A DNA stretch of 64,000 nt from Flavobacteriales bacterium. GTDB taxonomy: Bacteria > Bacteroidota > Bacteroidia > Flavobacteriales_D > Sanyastnellaceae. How positions within the stretch are numbered: the first letter of the stretch is position 1; every line of letters starts with the position of its first letter. The stretch is taken from contig JBMZWX010000005.1 of NCBI GenBank assembly GCA_049627085.1, positions 9,395 through 73,394 of the forward strand, written 5' to 3'. Shown piece after piece: positions 54,552 through 63,842 of the stretch. Both the position numbers and the translations under genes were made by a program. The notes under the pieces were generated by a model that was not told the origin of the DNA, made no database searches, and saw only the letters and a program-made list of their open reading frames with translations.

Positions 54552-56570
54552 TCAGCGGTTCAGCAGCCGCTCCAAATCCCCTTCGAGCCTGGCGTTGGCC
54601 AGGAAATTGCGTTCGAGGTCTTCGGCGAATGGGAAGGCCGTGTCCAAGCTGGCTGTGCGGGCCACCGGGGCGTCCAGCGCCTCAAAGCAGCGCTCGTGAA
54701 TGCGTGAGCTGATCTCCGCGCCAATGCCGCCGGTCATCGTGTCTTCGTGAAGCACCAGAGCCTTGCCTGTCTTGGCGACGCTGGCCATCACCAGGTCCTC
54801 GTCCCAAGGCAACAAGGTGCGCAAGTCGATGACTTCCACGTCCCATTCAGGGTGGGCTGCCAGCACCGCCTCTGCCCATTGTACGCCCAATCCGTAGGTG
54901 ATCAAGGTGGCGTCCTGTCCTTCTCGGACGACGCGTCCCTTGCCAAACTCGAGGAGGTAGTCTTCCTCAGGCACCGGGCCGGTCAAGCTCCGGTAGAGGT
55001 ACTTGTGCTCGAAAAACAGCACGGGGTTGGGGTCGTCGAAGGCCATCCGCAACAATCCCTTGGCGTCGCCAGGGGTGGAGGGGTAGGCGATCTTGAGGCC
55101 CGGCACGTGGAAGAACCAAGCCTCGGTGCTCTGGCTGTGGTACGGCCCGGCGCCGACCCCGCCGCCTGTGGGCATGCGCACGACGACGTCGGCCTTTTGG
55201 CCCCAACGCCAATGGATCTTGGCGAGGTTGTTGACGATTTGGTTGAAGCCGCACGTCACAAAGTCGCTGAACTGCATCTCGACCATGGCTTTCTTGCCGG
55301 CAATCGACAGCCCGAGCCCTGCACCCACAATGGCCGATTCGCACAGCGGGGTGTTTCGGACGCGGCCTTCGCCGAATTGGTCCACGAATCCGTCGGTGAC
55401 TTTGAATACACCGCCATAGGGGCCGATGTCTTGCCCCATGAGCACGAGGTCGGGATGGCGTTCCATGCTGGTCCGCAGTCCCTCGGTGATGGCGTCGATG
55501 AACCGCAGTTCCCGGCCGTGGGCCTCCGGGACCGTCTCTAATCCTTGGGGGGTGCCCGGGGCGTACCTGTCGGTCAACTCTTCGTTGGTGAAGGCCTCGA
55601 TCGAGGGCTCGGCTGCGGCGAGCTTCAGCCCGTCTTGGATGCGTGCCTTGTGGTCCGCAGCCAAGGCTTCTTCGAAGGCGTCGTCCAAGACGCCTGCCTC
55701 CCGCAAATGTGCCTGGATTCGGGTCACCGGATCCACCTCGGACCACCTCTCAATGAGGCCGTCTGGGTAGTATTTGGTGCCTGACGCTTCTTCGTGACCT
55801 CGGATTCGGAATGTCTTGAATTCCAGAATGATGGGTCTAGGTCGTTCGCGCAAAGATTCAACTACGTCACGCACCTTGTGGTACACGTCGAAGAGGTCGT
55901 TGCCGTCGACCTTGATGGCGTCCTCTTCAGGGATGCCGTAGCCCACCGCCTTGTCTGTGAAGTGGGCGCAACGGAACTGCTGTTCGCTCGGTGTCGACAG
56001 TCCCCAGGCGTTGTTTTCGATGCCGATGATGACAGGCAGCTGCCACACGGCGGCGACGTTGACGGCCTCATGAAAGTCACCCTCCGACGCGCCACCGTCC
56101 CCCGTGAACACGAACGAGCATCCGCCGGTGCCGTCGAGCTTCTCGGCAAGGGCCACCCCGTCGGCCAGCCCGAGCTGGGGACCCAAGTGGCTGATCATGC
56201 CCACGATGTGGTGCTCAGGGCTGCCAAAGTGGAAACTCCTGTCACGCCCTTTGGTGAACCCATGGTCTTTGCCTTGGAATTGGGCAAACAACCGGTCCAG
56301 TGGCACGTCGCGGGTGGTGAAGATGCCGAGGTTGCGGTGCATCGGAAAGATGAACTTGTCGCGTGGCATGGCCGCCGCCACCCCCACAGAAATGGCCTCC
56401 TGGCCGAGCCCGCTGAACCACTTGCTGATTTTGCCTTGGCGGAGCTGCGACATCATCTTCTCCTCAATCATCCTGGGCAGAAGCAGCTTGGCGTAGAGGT
56501 CGCGCTGTTCGTCCGCCGACAGGCCGCGGGCGTCGAACTTCAGGGGGTTGTGTGGGAACATTTCCGACAT
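54552..56570 (-). CDS. Fused alpha/beta E1 component of a 2-oxoacid (branched-chain type) dehydrogenase
   Basis: 672 aa. The N-half has a TPP-binding alpha pattern (GDGGASEGDFHEAVN) and the C-half is a transketolase-like beta subunit. This fusion is common in Bacteroidota. Confidence 0.9.
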   Translation of the reverse strand: MSEMFPHNPLKFDARGLSADEQRDLYAKLLLPRMIEEKMMSQLRQGKISKWFSGLGQEAISVGVAAAMPRDKFIFPMHRNLGIFTTRDVPLDRLFAQFQGKDHGFTKGRDRSFHFGSPEHHIVGMISHLGPQLGLADGVALAEKLDGTGGCSFVFTGDGGASEGDFHEAVNVAAVWQLPVIIGIENNAWGLSTPSEQQFRCAHFTDKAVGYGIPEEDAIKVDGNDLFDVYHKVRDVVESLRERPRPIILEFKTFRIRGHEEASGTKYYPDGLIERWSEVDPVTRIQAHLREAGVLDDAFEEALAADHKARIQDGLKLAAAEPSIEAFTNEELTDRYAPGTPQGLETVPEAHGRELRFIDAITEGLRTSMERHPDLVLMGQDIGPYGGVFKVTDGFVDQFGEGRVRNTPLCESAIVGAGLGLSIAGKKAMVEMQFSDFVTCGFNQIVNNLAKIHWRWGQKADVVVRMPTGGGVGAGPYHSQSTEAWFFHVPGLKIAYPSTPGDAKGLLRMAFDDPNPVLFFEHKYLYRSLTGPVPEEDYLLEFGKGRVVREGQDATLITYGLGVQWAEAVLAAHPEWDVEVIDLRTLLPWDEDLVMASVAKTGKALVLHEDTMTGGIGAEISSRIHERCFEALDAPVARTASLDTAFPFAEDLERNFLANARLEGDLERLLNR

Positions 56571-56575
56571 GGCCC

Positions 56576-56583
56576 CGAAGGTA
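56576..56583 (-). promoter_or_regulatory. -7 box variant TACCTTCG, 5 nt from the E1 gene ATG (leaderless candidate)
   Basis: The minus strand reads TACCTTCG-gggcc-ATG(56570). Confidence 0.45.
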
Positions 56584-56594
56584 GACGCAGGAGG

Positions 56595-56602
56595 TACCTT
56601 TG
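56595..56602 (+). promoter_or_regulatory. -7 promoter box TACCTTTG, 10 nt from ATG 56613
   Basis: An exact TAnnTTTG. It is back-to-back with the box at 56576-56583 in a 42-bp intergenic region. Confidence 0.5.
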
Positions 56603-56612
56603 CGGTTCACGC

Positions 56613-58187
56613 ATGAGCAGCAGTTCTTCACAAATCCAGGTTCGGGTGTTGCCAGAAGAAGTTGGCAATCCGGAGGCGTTGCGTGCCGCGGTCAACCGGC
56701 AGTTGCGCAAGCAAGGCAAAGCGCCGCTGGATGAAGGTGACGAGCCCCGCATCTTGCGCCAAAGTTGGGACGCCAGGCGACGGCCCGTGCAGGCCCAGTT
56801 GCTGGTCGATTGGGGAGAAGAAAAGGCACCTCCGACGTGGACGTGGCAAAAGCTCCCTGAGAACGCGCCAAGCGTGATTGTGGTGGGGGCGGGGCCCGCA
56901 GGGCTGTATGCCGCGTTGGAGTGCATTCAGCTCGGAGTTCAGCCTGTGGTGTTGGAGCGCGGCAAGGACGTGCGGGCACGCCGACGGGATTTGGCCAAGC
57001 TCAACAAAGAGCATGTCGTCAACCCTGAATCCAACTACTGTTTTGGGGAAGGTGGTGCGGGCACCTACAGCGACGGCAAACTCTACACGCGAAGCAAGAA
57101 GCGGGGCGACATCCGGGAAGCGCTTGAATGGTTGGTGGCCCACGGGGCAGACCCGCACATTTTGGTGGAATCCCATCCGCACATTGGCACGAATCGCTTG
57201 CCTGCGGTGGTGACGGCCATGCGCGAGACTGTGGAAGCGGCCGGTGGTGTGGTGCACTTCGACACCCGCGTGACCGGCCTGGTCCGCGAGGAGGGGCGCT
57301 GCGTGGGCGTGAAGGCGGGAGACCAAACCTTCTGCGGCGAGGCGGTGGTGCTGGCGACGGGCCACAGCGCGCGCGACGTGTTCCACATGATGGTGGAGGA
57401 AGGACTTGAAGTGGAGGCCAAACCCTTCGCCCTCGGCGTGCGTGTCGAGCATCCGCAGGGCTGGGTGGACGAGGTGCAGTACCACGGTGAGAAGGTGGAG
57501 GACCGACTGCCGCCCGCCAGCTACAGCTTGGTGTGCCAAGTGGAGGGCCGTGGCGTGCACAGTTTTTGCATGTGCCCGGGTGGCATCGTGGCGCCTTGCG
57601 CCACGTCTCCTGGCGAAGTCGTGACCAACGGGTGGTCGCCGTCCAAGCGCAACAACCCGTATGCCAATTCAGGCATGGTGGTCCAAGTGGGGCCGGAAGA
57701 TTGGGAGCCGCTCGGCTTCGAAGGCCCCTTGGGTGGGCTGCTGTTCCAGCAGGCCGTGGAGCAAGCGTGTTGGCGTGAGGCAGGCCAAACCCAAGCCGCC
57801 CCTGCCCAACGTCTCAAGGACTTTGTGCACGGCCGCCCATCCCGCAACCTCCCCAAAACCTCGTACCTCCCAGGTGTGGTTCCAGCCCGCCTCGACCAGG
57901 TGTTGCCCGAGGTGGTGTCGCGCAGCTTGAGGGAAGGGTTCAAGACGTTTGGCCGGAAAATGAAGGGATACCTCCATCCTGAGGCGGTGGTCATCGGCCC
58001 CGAGTCGCGCACGAGCAGCCCCGTCCGAATCCCAAGAACCCCAGATGCGTTGGTGCATCCAGGGCTCGATGGGTTGTACCCGACCGGCGAGGGCGGGGGA
58101 TATGCAGGGGGGATTTTGTCCGCGGCCATGGACGGCCGGCGGGTGGCGCGTGTCGCCGTGGAGGCAATGGTTGCGCGCCGGGGCTGA
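56613..58187 (+). CDS. NAD(P)/FAD-dependent oxidoreductase (COG2509-like)
   Basis: Start trimmed to ATG 56613. It has the dinucleotide motif VVGAGPAGLYAA and the block GEGGAGTYSDGKLYTR. Confidence 0.85.
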   Translation: MSSSSSQIQVRVLPEEVGNPEALRAAVNRQLRKQGKAPLDEGDEPRILRQSWDARRRPVQAQLLVDWGEEKAPPTWTWQKLPENAPSVIVVGAGPAGLYAALECIQLGVQPVVLERGKDVRARRRDLAKLNKEHVVNPESNYCFGEGGAGTYSDGKLYTRSKKRGDIREALEWLVAHGADPHILVESHPHIGTNRLPAVVTAMRETVEAAGGVVHFDTRVTGLVREEGRCVGVKAGDQTFCGEAVVLATGHSARDVFHMMVEEGLEVEAKPFALGVRVEHPQGWVDEVQYHGEKVEDRLPPASYSLVCQVEGRGVHSFCMCPGGIVAPCATSPGEVVTNGWSPSKRNNPYANSGMVVQVGPEDWEPLGFEGPLGGLLFQQAVEQACWREAGQTQAAPAQRLKDFVHGRPSRNLPKTSYLPGVVPARLDQVLPEVVSRSLREGFKTFGRKMKGYLHPEAVVIGPESRTSSPVRIPRTPDALVHPGLDGLYPTGEGGGYAGGILSAAMDGRRVARVAVEAMVARRG

Positions 58188-58195
58188 GGGCGTCC

Positions 58196-58861
58196 TCAGA
58201 TCAAGAATCGGGGAGACAGCAATGGCCTGACGGAGTTGCGCGGGCGTCCCAATTGGAATCCAAAGCCCACCTGGGTCATGCTCCACAGGATGTCACGGTC
58301 CGGCACGAAGGTCACGCCCAACGTGGCATGGGACCGGCGCGTCAGCTGCACGTCGATGCCAGCCCGCACGGGCATGGCCAGCCGCCTCATCCGCTCGGAG
58401 GGCAATTCGGCGGTGAAATTCCGCACCATGGGTGGGGCGTCGTCGGACATTTGGGGTGCTGTGACTTCTTGCTGTTGCACGGCGTATTCCTGGCGGACCA
58501 TGCTGATCCATCCGATGCCGCTTCCAATCCATGGCCGAACCGCGTGGGTGTGCCTGTGAAACGGGGTGTAGTTGAACACCGCACCGAACGCCCGCATCCG
58601 GGAATTGTGGGCGAAGGACCCGTTGTCAAATTCCGCGTTCCCGCCCAAGACCATCAAGTCCATGCTCAAGCCTTCATGGAGTTGCTGGGACATGTTGAAG
58701 CCCATGCTGGATCCAGTGTACAGGCTGTTCGCCTTGGCCGTGCCGGCCACCCACTCAAATCCAGGCTTGTGGCCTTGGGCCAAGCATGCGGCGGACAAGA
58801 GGAGGGTGCAGAGGGCGAGGCCTGGTTTGGCCCAACGGGATGGGAGACGTGGAATCAACAT
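58196..58861 (-). CDS. Putative outer-membrane beta-barrel protein
   Basis: 221 aa with a signal peptide (LLLSAACLAQG), alternating beta-strand patterns and an aromatic-rich C-terminal region. Confidence 0.55.
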   Translation of the reverse strand: MLIPRLPSRWAKPGLALCTLLLSAACLAQGHKPGFEWVAGTAKANSLYTGSSMGFNMSQQLHEGLSMDLMVLGGNAEFDNGSFAHNSRMRAFGAVFNYTPFHRHTHAVRPWIGSGIGWISMVRQEYAVQQQEVTAPQMSDDAPPMVRNFTAELPSERMRRLAMPVRAGIDVQLTRRSHATLGVTFVPDRDILWSMTQVGFGFQLGRPRNSVRPLLSPRFLI

Positions 58862-58905
58862 GAAAAGGGTCTTTCCCTCCCGTTACGCGACCTCGTTGAA
58901 AAAGG

Positions 58906-59988
58906 TTACACGCGTTCGCTCAAGGCCAAATCTGCCAGCATGCGTCCCACGGTGGTGCCGATGGCGACGCCCATGCCGCCCAGCCTGACGCCCGCATGCA
59001 GGCCCGGTTTCAGGGTCTTGACTTCGGGTCGGCGGGAGCTTCCGATGCCCAGTTGCCCCTTCCAGCGGTGGGTCACCTGGAATGGGACGCAGCCCACCAC
59101 ATGCCTTTCGGCCCATGCCGTCAGGTGCTGGGCCACCTCGTCGTCATCTCGGCAGTCCCATTGACGTCCTCCACCGATGAGAATCCGACCTTCAATTTCA
59201 CGCATGTAGACGTACCCGCGGTCGTGGTGCACAGTGTGGTCCAGCTTCAGCCCTGGCATGACCTGACTCACGAGCACTTGGTTGGCCACGGGGCGCACAT
59301 CGACGTCGACAAGGTCTTGGGCGAAGGCGTTGGTGGCCAGCAACACATGTCGGGTTGAGACGGAAAGCGGTCCGGCGGCAGCGGTCCAGATTCCTTGGGC
59401 GTCGGTCAACTTTTCCACCTTGAGGCCAGGCCACCACGCCACGCCCGCGCGATCGAGCCCTGCCCGCATGGCCTGGACCATGGCGCCGGTGTTCAAGTCC
59501 CCCTCAAGGGGGCTGCGAAGTTGGCCGCACAGGGCGTGCAGGGTGGAGGATTCGGCCGGTGCTGCGTGGAATGGTGTGCTCTGAAACACGTCTTCGAGCG
59601 CCTCGTTCAAGTCGGGCAAGAAGGCCATGACTTCTTCGAAAAGGGCCGCGTTGGTGAACGCCTCGACCGCGCCACAGACACGGTGCCCGAGGGCCTTGTC
59701 GCCCCACTTGGCACGAAGTGCTTGCAACCCCTCCCAACGCAACCGCACCAGGTCCACGGTGGCCTCAGGGCCGAGCGCACGCCAATCGTCCAGCAGTTCG
59801 CCGGGGCTGCCAAAGCACGTGAACCCCGCGTTTCGGGTGGAGCCGCCGCCGCCGAGGGGCAGGCCGTCGACGACGGCAATGCGCCACTCGGGCTCACGAG
59901 ACGCCAATTCCAGGGCGGCGTTCATGCCCACGATGCCGCCTCCGACCACCAGGGCGTCCAGGGGGGCTTGTGGACAAGCTTGAAGCAT
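58906..59988 (-). CDS. FAD-dependent oxidoreductase (DAO / glycine-D-amino-acid oxidase family)
   Basis: ATG 59988 places DALVVGGGIVGMNAALELA near the N-terminus. An alternative GTG at 60069 would add 27 aa. Confidence 0.78.
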   Translation of the reverse strand: MLQACPQAPLDALVVGGGIVGMNAALELASREPEWRIAVVDGLPLGGGGSTRNAGFTCFGSPGELLDDWRALGPEATVDLVRLRWEGLQALRAKWGDKALGHRVCGAVEAFTNAALFEEVMAFLPDLNEALEDVFQSTPFHAAPAESSTLHALCGQLRSPLEGDLNTGAMVQAMRAGLDRAGVAWWPGLKVEKLTDAQGIWTAAAGPLSVSTRHVLLATNAFAQDLVDVDVRPVANQVLVSQVMPGLKLDHTVHHDRGYVYMREIEGRILIGGGRQWDCRDDDEVAQHLTAWAERHVVGCVPFQVTHRWKGQLGIGSSRRPEVKTLKPGLHAGVRLGGMGVAIGTTVGRMLADLALSERV

Positions 59989-60070
59989 TTGAGATTCCCA
60001 AATGCTGGGTCCCATCTCTGGCCATGGGCCTTTTGCTTGGAAACCTGTATTTTTAGGCTGACCTGGCACG

Positions 60071-61885
60071 ATGCAAACCTACATGACACCCACCATGAAC
60101 GGTACACCCTTTTCTGCGCACGCGCTGCGCGTCTCGGTTCTTTGGTTGCTCTTGGGATGTGGGGTGTCGATGGGGGCGTGGGGCCAGTCGTTGGTCATCA
60201 GCGGCACCTTGAGGAACGAGGACACCCGTGACAAGATGGACAATGTCACGGTGACGGTGCTCCAAAATGGGGAGGCCTTCGACCAAATCGACGTGGACCG
60301 CAACGGCAAGTATTTCCTCGATGTGCCTTTGCGCAGCGACTACATCATTGAATTCAGCGCGCCTGACATGGTGACCAAGCGGGTTCAAATCGACGGCGCG
60401 GCAGTGCCTCCGAGTGAGTTGAACGACGGATTCACCTTCGATTTGGACATGTCCCTCTTCGCGTACGTCGAGGGTTTTGACGAATCGCTGCTGGACACGC
60501 CAATTGGCATCGCCACATTCAACGAGCGCAGCGCGAGGATTGAGTTTGACCTGAGTCACACCAACGACATGCGCCGCAAAGTGGCCAACGAATTGGACCG
60601 GGTGGCCAACCTGGAAGAGGATTTGGCGCGTGCCCGGATGCGTTACGACAACGCCATGGAAGACGGCGAGCGGGCCGAGGCCCGTGGCCGATGGGAAGAC
60701 GCGTACGACGAGTACGAGAAGGCCTTGTCTTTCATCCCTGGCGACGAGGCGGCCACTGCAGGCATGGGCCGTGCTGAAGTGGCGTTGAACGCCGACGCAG
60801 AGGCTGAAGCAGCTGCGCTGGCGGAAGAACAAGCCGCGGCCCAAGCTGCGGAGCAAGCCGAAGCCGACGCCCGTGCCGCGGAAGAGCAAGCCGCACGGGA
60901 GGCCGAAGCAGCCTCGAGGGCTGCGGAAGAAGAAGCTGCGCGCGCCGCGGACGCCGCCGCACGTGCAGAAGAAGCAGCGGCCCGGGCCGAGGAATCTCGC
61001 CAACAGGCCGAGGCCGATCGGGAGGCCCTCGCGGCCGAGGAAGCCGCCGCCGCGAGAGAAGCCGAGGAGGCCCGTGCGCAAGCCCGCGCCGAGGACGCGG
61101 CCGCACAGGATGCGGCGCAGCAGGAGATGGCTGCGGACGTGGAGGCGGCTGAGGATACGCGCAAAGCCCGCGAACGCGCCTGGGAAGAAGAGCAAGCGGC
61201 ACGGGAGGCGGAGCGCCTTGCACGACAGCAAGAAGCCAAGTCGCGTGCCCAGAATTGGTCGCAACGCACCAGCAAGACCGAGGATGAAGCAGAGGCGTAC
61301 TACCGGCAAGCCCTCCAGTCCGAGCGGCAGGCCGCGGCGGCAGAAGTCCAAGGCCAAAAGGACGAAGTGACGTCCCAAAACGACCGCTGGCGCGCCGAGG
61401 CCGAGGGCCGAGCGGCCCAAGCCCGTCGTCAATCGTCGACCCTGGACAACGGTGTGCGTCAGGTCAACCCCAAAGATGTTCAGGATGCCTACCCTGGCCG
61501 CGAACCGGAGCATCGCCAAGAACGTGCGGCGGTGTTGGAGGAAATTGAAGCGCTGAAGCGTGCGAACAACGCCTTGAAATCGATGCGTGCCGAAGGCGGA
61601 CGCAACCGCGGTTTGGACGCCATGCTGGACTTGGACATGCAAGTGGCGGCGTCGCAGGAGCAAGATTTGGCCTTGTCAAGCGAAGACCGAGACATTCCAC
61701 AAGGGGTGCAGGAAACCAGCTACGACATCCAGAACGGCCTTGTCATCCAACGCACCGTGCGCATTGGCGACGTGGTGGAGCGGTACCGGAAGGTGGTGAC
61801 CAAGACGGGGACGTATTACTTCCGCGGGGACAAGAGCATCACCAAGGACCTGTGGGAGATGAACACCAACCTCAGCTACGACTGA
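60071..61885 (+). CDS. Secreted CarboxypepD_reg-like domain protein with a long Ala/Glu-rich coiled-coil
   Basis: 604 aa with a signal peptide and an N-terminal domain (ISGTLRNEDTRDKMDNVTVTVLQNGE). About 175 aa are A/E/R-rich low complexity, followed by a conserved-looking C-terminal ~90 aa. Confidence 0.72.
   Translation: MQTYMTPTMNGTPFSAHALRVSVLWLLLGCGVSMGAWGQSLVISGTLRNEDTRDKMDNVTVTVLQNGEAFDQIDVDRNGKYFLDVPLRSDYIIEFSAPDMVTKRVQIDGAAVPPSELNDGFTFDLDMSLFAYVEGFDESLLDTPIGIATFNERSARIEFDLSHTNDMRRKVANELDRVANLEEDLARARMRYDNAMEDGERAEARGRWEDAYDEYEKALSFIPGDEAATAGMGRAEVALNADAEAEAAALAEEQAAAQAAEQAEADARAAEEQAAREAEAASRAAEEEAARAADAAARAEEAAARAEESRQQAEADREALAAEEAAAAREAEEARAQARAEDAAAQDAAQQEMAADVEAAEDTRKARERAWEEEQAAREAERLARQQEAKSRAQNWSQRTSKTEDEAEAYYRQALQSERQAAAAEVQGQKDEVTSQNDRWRAEAEGRAAQARRQSSTLDNGVRQVNPKDVQDAYPGREPEHRQERAAVLEEIEALKRANNALKSMRAEGGRNRGLDAMLDLDMQVAASQEQDLALSSEDRDIPQGVQETSYDIQNGLVIQRTVRIGDVVERYRKVVTKTGTYYFRGDKSITKDLWEMNTNLSYD
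60074..60081 (-). promoter_or_regulatory. Candidate -7 box TAGGTTTG, 4 nt from alternative GTG 60069
   Basis: An exact TAnnTTTG on the minus strand. However, it lies inside the first codons of the divergent gene at 60071. Confidence 0.3.
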
Positions 61886-61888
61886 TTG

Positions 61889-62596
61889 ATGGGCTTGGCT
61901 CGACAAGCCATTTTGTACACGCTTGTGCTGCACGTGGTTGTGCTCGGCACCATGGTGGCGGTGCCTGTCAGCGAGGGCGTGCCTCCGAGCGAGACGTATG
62001 CTGCGGTGGATTTCTTGGATGCCGAGGATGTGGTGGAGCCGGCGCAGTCGTTTGAAGCGTCGTTTCAAGCAATGCTGGCCCAGCAGGTGGCCAACCTCCG
62101 GGCCAACGCCCAATCCGAGCTCAGTTCCGAGCGGCAAAACTCAGCTTCAGACATGTCTCAAGCCGAGCTGGAAGCCCAAGTGGAGGACGAGTTGAGGGCC
62201 ATGGAGGCCGCGGAATTTGAGCGCTTGGGCGCCCAAGAAAAGGATTTCGACACCGCGGGTGAGGCGGACGTGAAGCGACAAGATGTGGGCCAAACCTTCG
62301 ACGCTTGGGATGCTCAATACGACGGGCTCGTCACGGTGCGGTACAATTTGGAGGGCCGATCTGGCCGGGATTTGGACGTCCCTGGATACTTGTGCGAGGG
62401 GGCGGCCATGGTGGAGGTGGACATCGAAGTGTCGGCTTCAGGCGACGTGGTGGATGCAGCCTTGCGCCAAGGCAGTGTGGAGGATTGCTTCGGACAAGCC
62501 GCGTTGCGCAGCGCCATGCTCGCCAGATTCAACGCCTCCTCCGACGCCCCGCGCCGTCAACGAGGCACCCTGACGTACGTCTTCGTGGCGCAGTAA
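61889..62596 (+). CDS. Membrane-anchored protein with TonB-C-like C-terminal domain
   Basis: ATG 61889 lies 3 nt after the upstream stop. It has an N-terminal TM (ILYTLVLHVVVLGTMVAV). The C-terminal ~80 aa are beta-alpha-beta-like and end TLTYVFVAQ. Confidence 0.6.
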   Translation: MGLARQAILYTLVLHVVVLGTMVAVPVSEGVPPSETYAAVDFLDAEDVVEPAQSFEASFQAMLAQQVANLRANAQSELSSERQNSASDMSQAELEAQVEDELRAMEAAEFERLGAQEKDFDTAGEADVKRQDVGQTFDAWDAQYDGLVTVRYNLEGRSGRDLDVPGYLCEGAAMVEVDIEVSASGDVVDAALRQGSVEDCFGQAALRSAMLARFNASSDAPRRQRGTLTYVFVAQ

Positions 62597-62623
62597 ACGC
62601 AGGTCCACCGCCACGCTGGGCGA

Positions 62624-63838
62624 TCAGGCTAGGTCGATGTAGTCCTGCAGGTACTGGAACTTGGGGGCCAGGGCTCCATCCAGCGTTGTTTCCGTGGCGT
62701 TGGTGAGCATCTGGTCCCGGTCTCCTCCGACAAGCAGAGGGATCACGTGGGCCATCATTTCCTTGCCAAACCCATGGCTCGCATCGCGCGGCAACTCGCA
62801 GGGGAGGTTGTCCACCGCCATGACGGTGACGCCGTTGGGGTCGTTGAAGGCGCACTCGGCCTCGGCGGCAGGGTCGTATCCGTACAGCGGGTTGGCGATG
62901 GTGCTGGGCCGCAGGGTGCAGGCCACAGGTCCGTCGATGTCGCAGCTGACGTCGGCTACCACCTTGACGGCCCAATCCTCGGCTTTCATGTCGTCCCGCG
63001 TGAACAAGAAGGGCGAGCCTTCCGCCCAGTAGTGACCGGCAATGTACATGTCGGCCACGCGGGCGTATGGGGCGAAGGTGCTCTTGAATCCAGTGGGGTC
63101 GGAGATGAACTCGTCCATGGAGAAGGCCCCGCCGTCGTTGCGCGCGTTGTAATCCTCGACATCCAGTCGGGTGAACACGGCCTCGTGGAAGTTTTCGTTC
63201 AAAAAGGCGTTGGCATGCACCTCACGCAACCCGAGGGCCGTCAACAGCTCATGCGCACCCATGCCCACACGGCCACCTCCAGTGAGGACGATTTTCATGT
63301 TGGAGGGCAGGTCTGCGGATTTGGCGTGGGCGATCATGTCCTTCATGTCGTTGCAATCGATCGCGCGGGGCAGGGCGAAGGAGTCATGACGCAGTCCCCA
63401 TGCGCGGATGCCGTTGTACGCCCCCACGATGCCTGCCCAACGTCCAAATCCGATGACGCGACGTCCGTTGGCGCGCTTGATCAATTCGTAGTCGATGAGC
63501 TTGACGCGCTTGTCGACGATGGCCTTGAGGAGTTTGGCGTTGTAAGGCTGGAGCTTGTAGGTGTGGCTGAAGAAGAGGTAGGTGGTGTCCTCGATCAATT
63601 CGTCGGTGGGCACCTCTTTCACGCCAAGCAGCACGTCGCACTTTTCCCCATGCAGGGAATTGACCACGTCAATGCCGGCCTCGCGGTACTCCTCGTCCTT
63701 GATTCGACGCACGTCGCTGGACTCCACCACGAGCTCCACCTCGGGGTAGAGTCGCTTCAATTCAGCACATTGATCCGGGGTCAGGGGCACGCGTTGGTCT
63801 GGCGGCACTTTGCCTTCGCGGACGATTCCAATCTTCAT
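62624..63838 (-). CDS. AlaDH/PNT-family dehydrogenase (saccharopine dehydrogenase / lysine-oxoglutarate reductase-like)
   Basis: 404 aa with a MKIGIVREGKVPPDQRVPLTP N-terminus and an NAD domain (VLTGGGRVGMGA). Confidence 0.8.
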   Translation of the reverse strand: MKIGIVREGKVPPDQRVPLTPDQCAELKRLYPEVELVVESSDVRRIKDEEYREAGIDVVNSLHGEKCDVLLGVKEVPTDELIEDTTYLFFSHTYKLQPYNAKLLKAIVDKRVKLIDYELIKRANGRRVIGFGRWAGIVGAYNGIRAWGLRHDSFALPRAIDCNDMKDMIAHAKSADLPSNMKIVLTGGGRVGMGAHELLTALGLREVHANAFLNENFHEAVFTRLDVEDYNARNDGGAFSMDEFISDPTGFKSTFAPYARVADMYIAGHYWAEGSPFLFTRDDMKAEDWAVKVVADVSCDIDGPVACTLRPSTIANPLYGYDPAAEAECAFNDPNGVTVMAVDNLPCELPRDASHGFGKEMMAHVIPLLVGGDRDQMLTNATETTLDGALAPKFQYLQDYIDLA

Positions 63839-63842
63839 GACT

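Noticed and set aside
60053-61663. 536-aa and 210-aa minus-strand ORFs (Ala/Ser/Arg-rich) opposite the Ala/Glu-rich gene
   Set aside because: GCN/GAR codon repeats read on the opposite strand give open A/S/R-rich frames. There is no start context or motifs. The plus-strand gene has a signal peptide and structured terminal domains.
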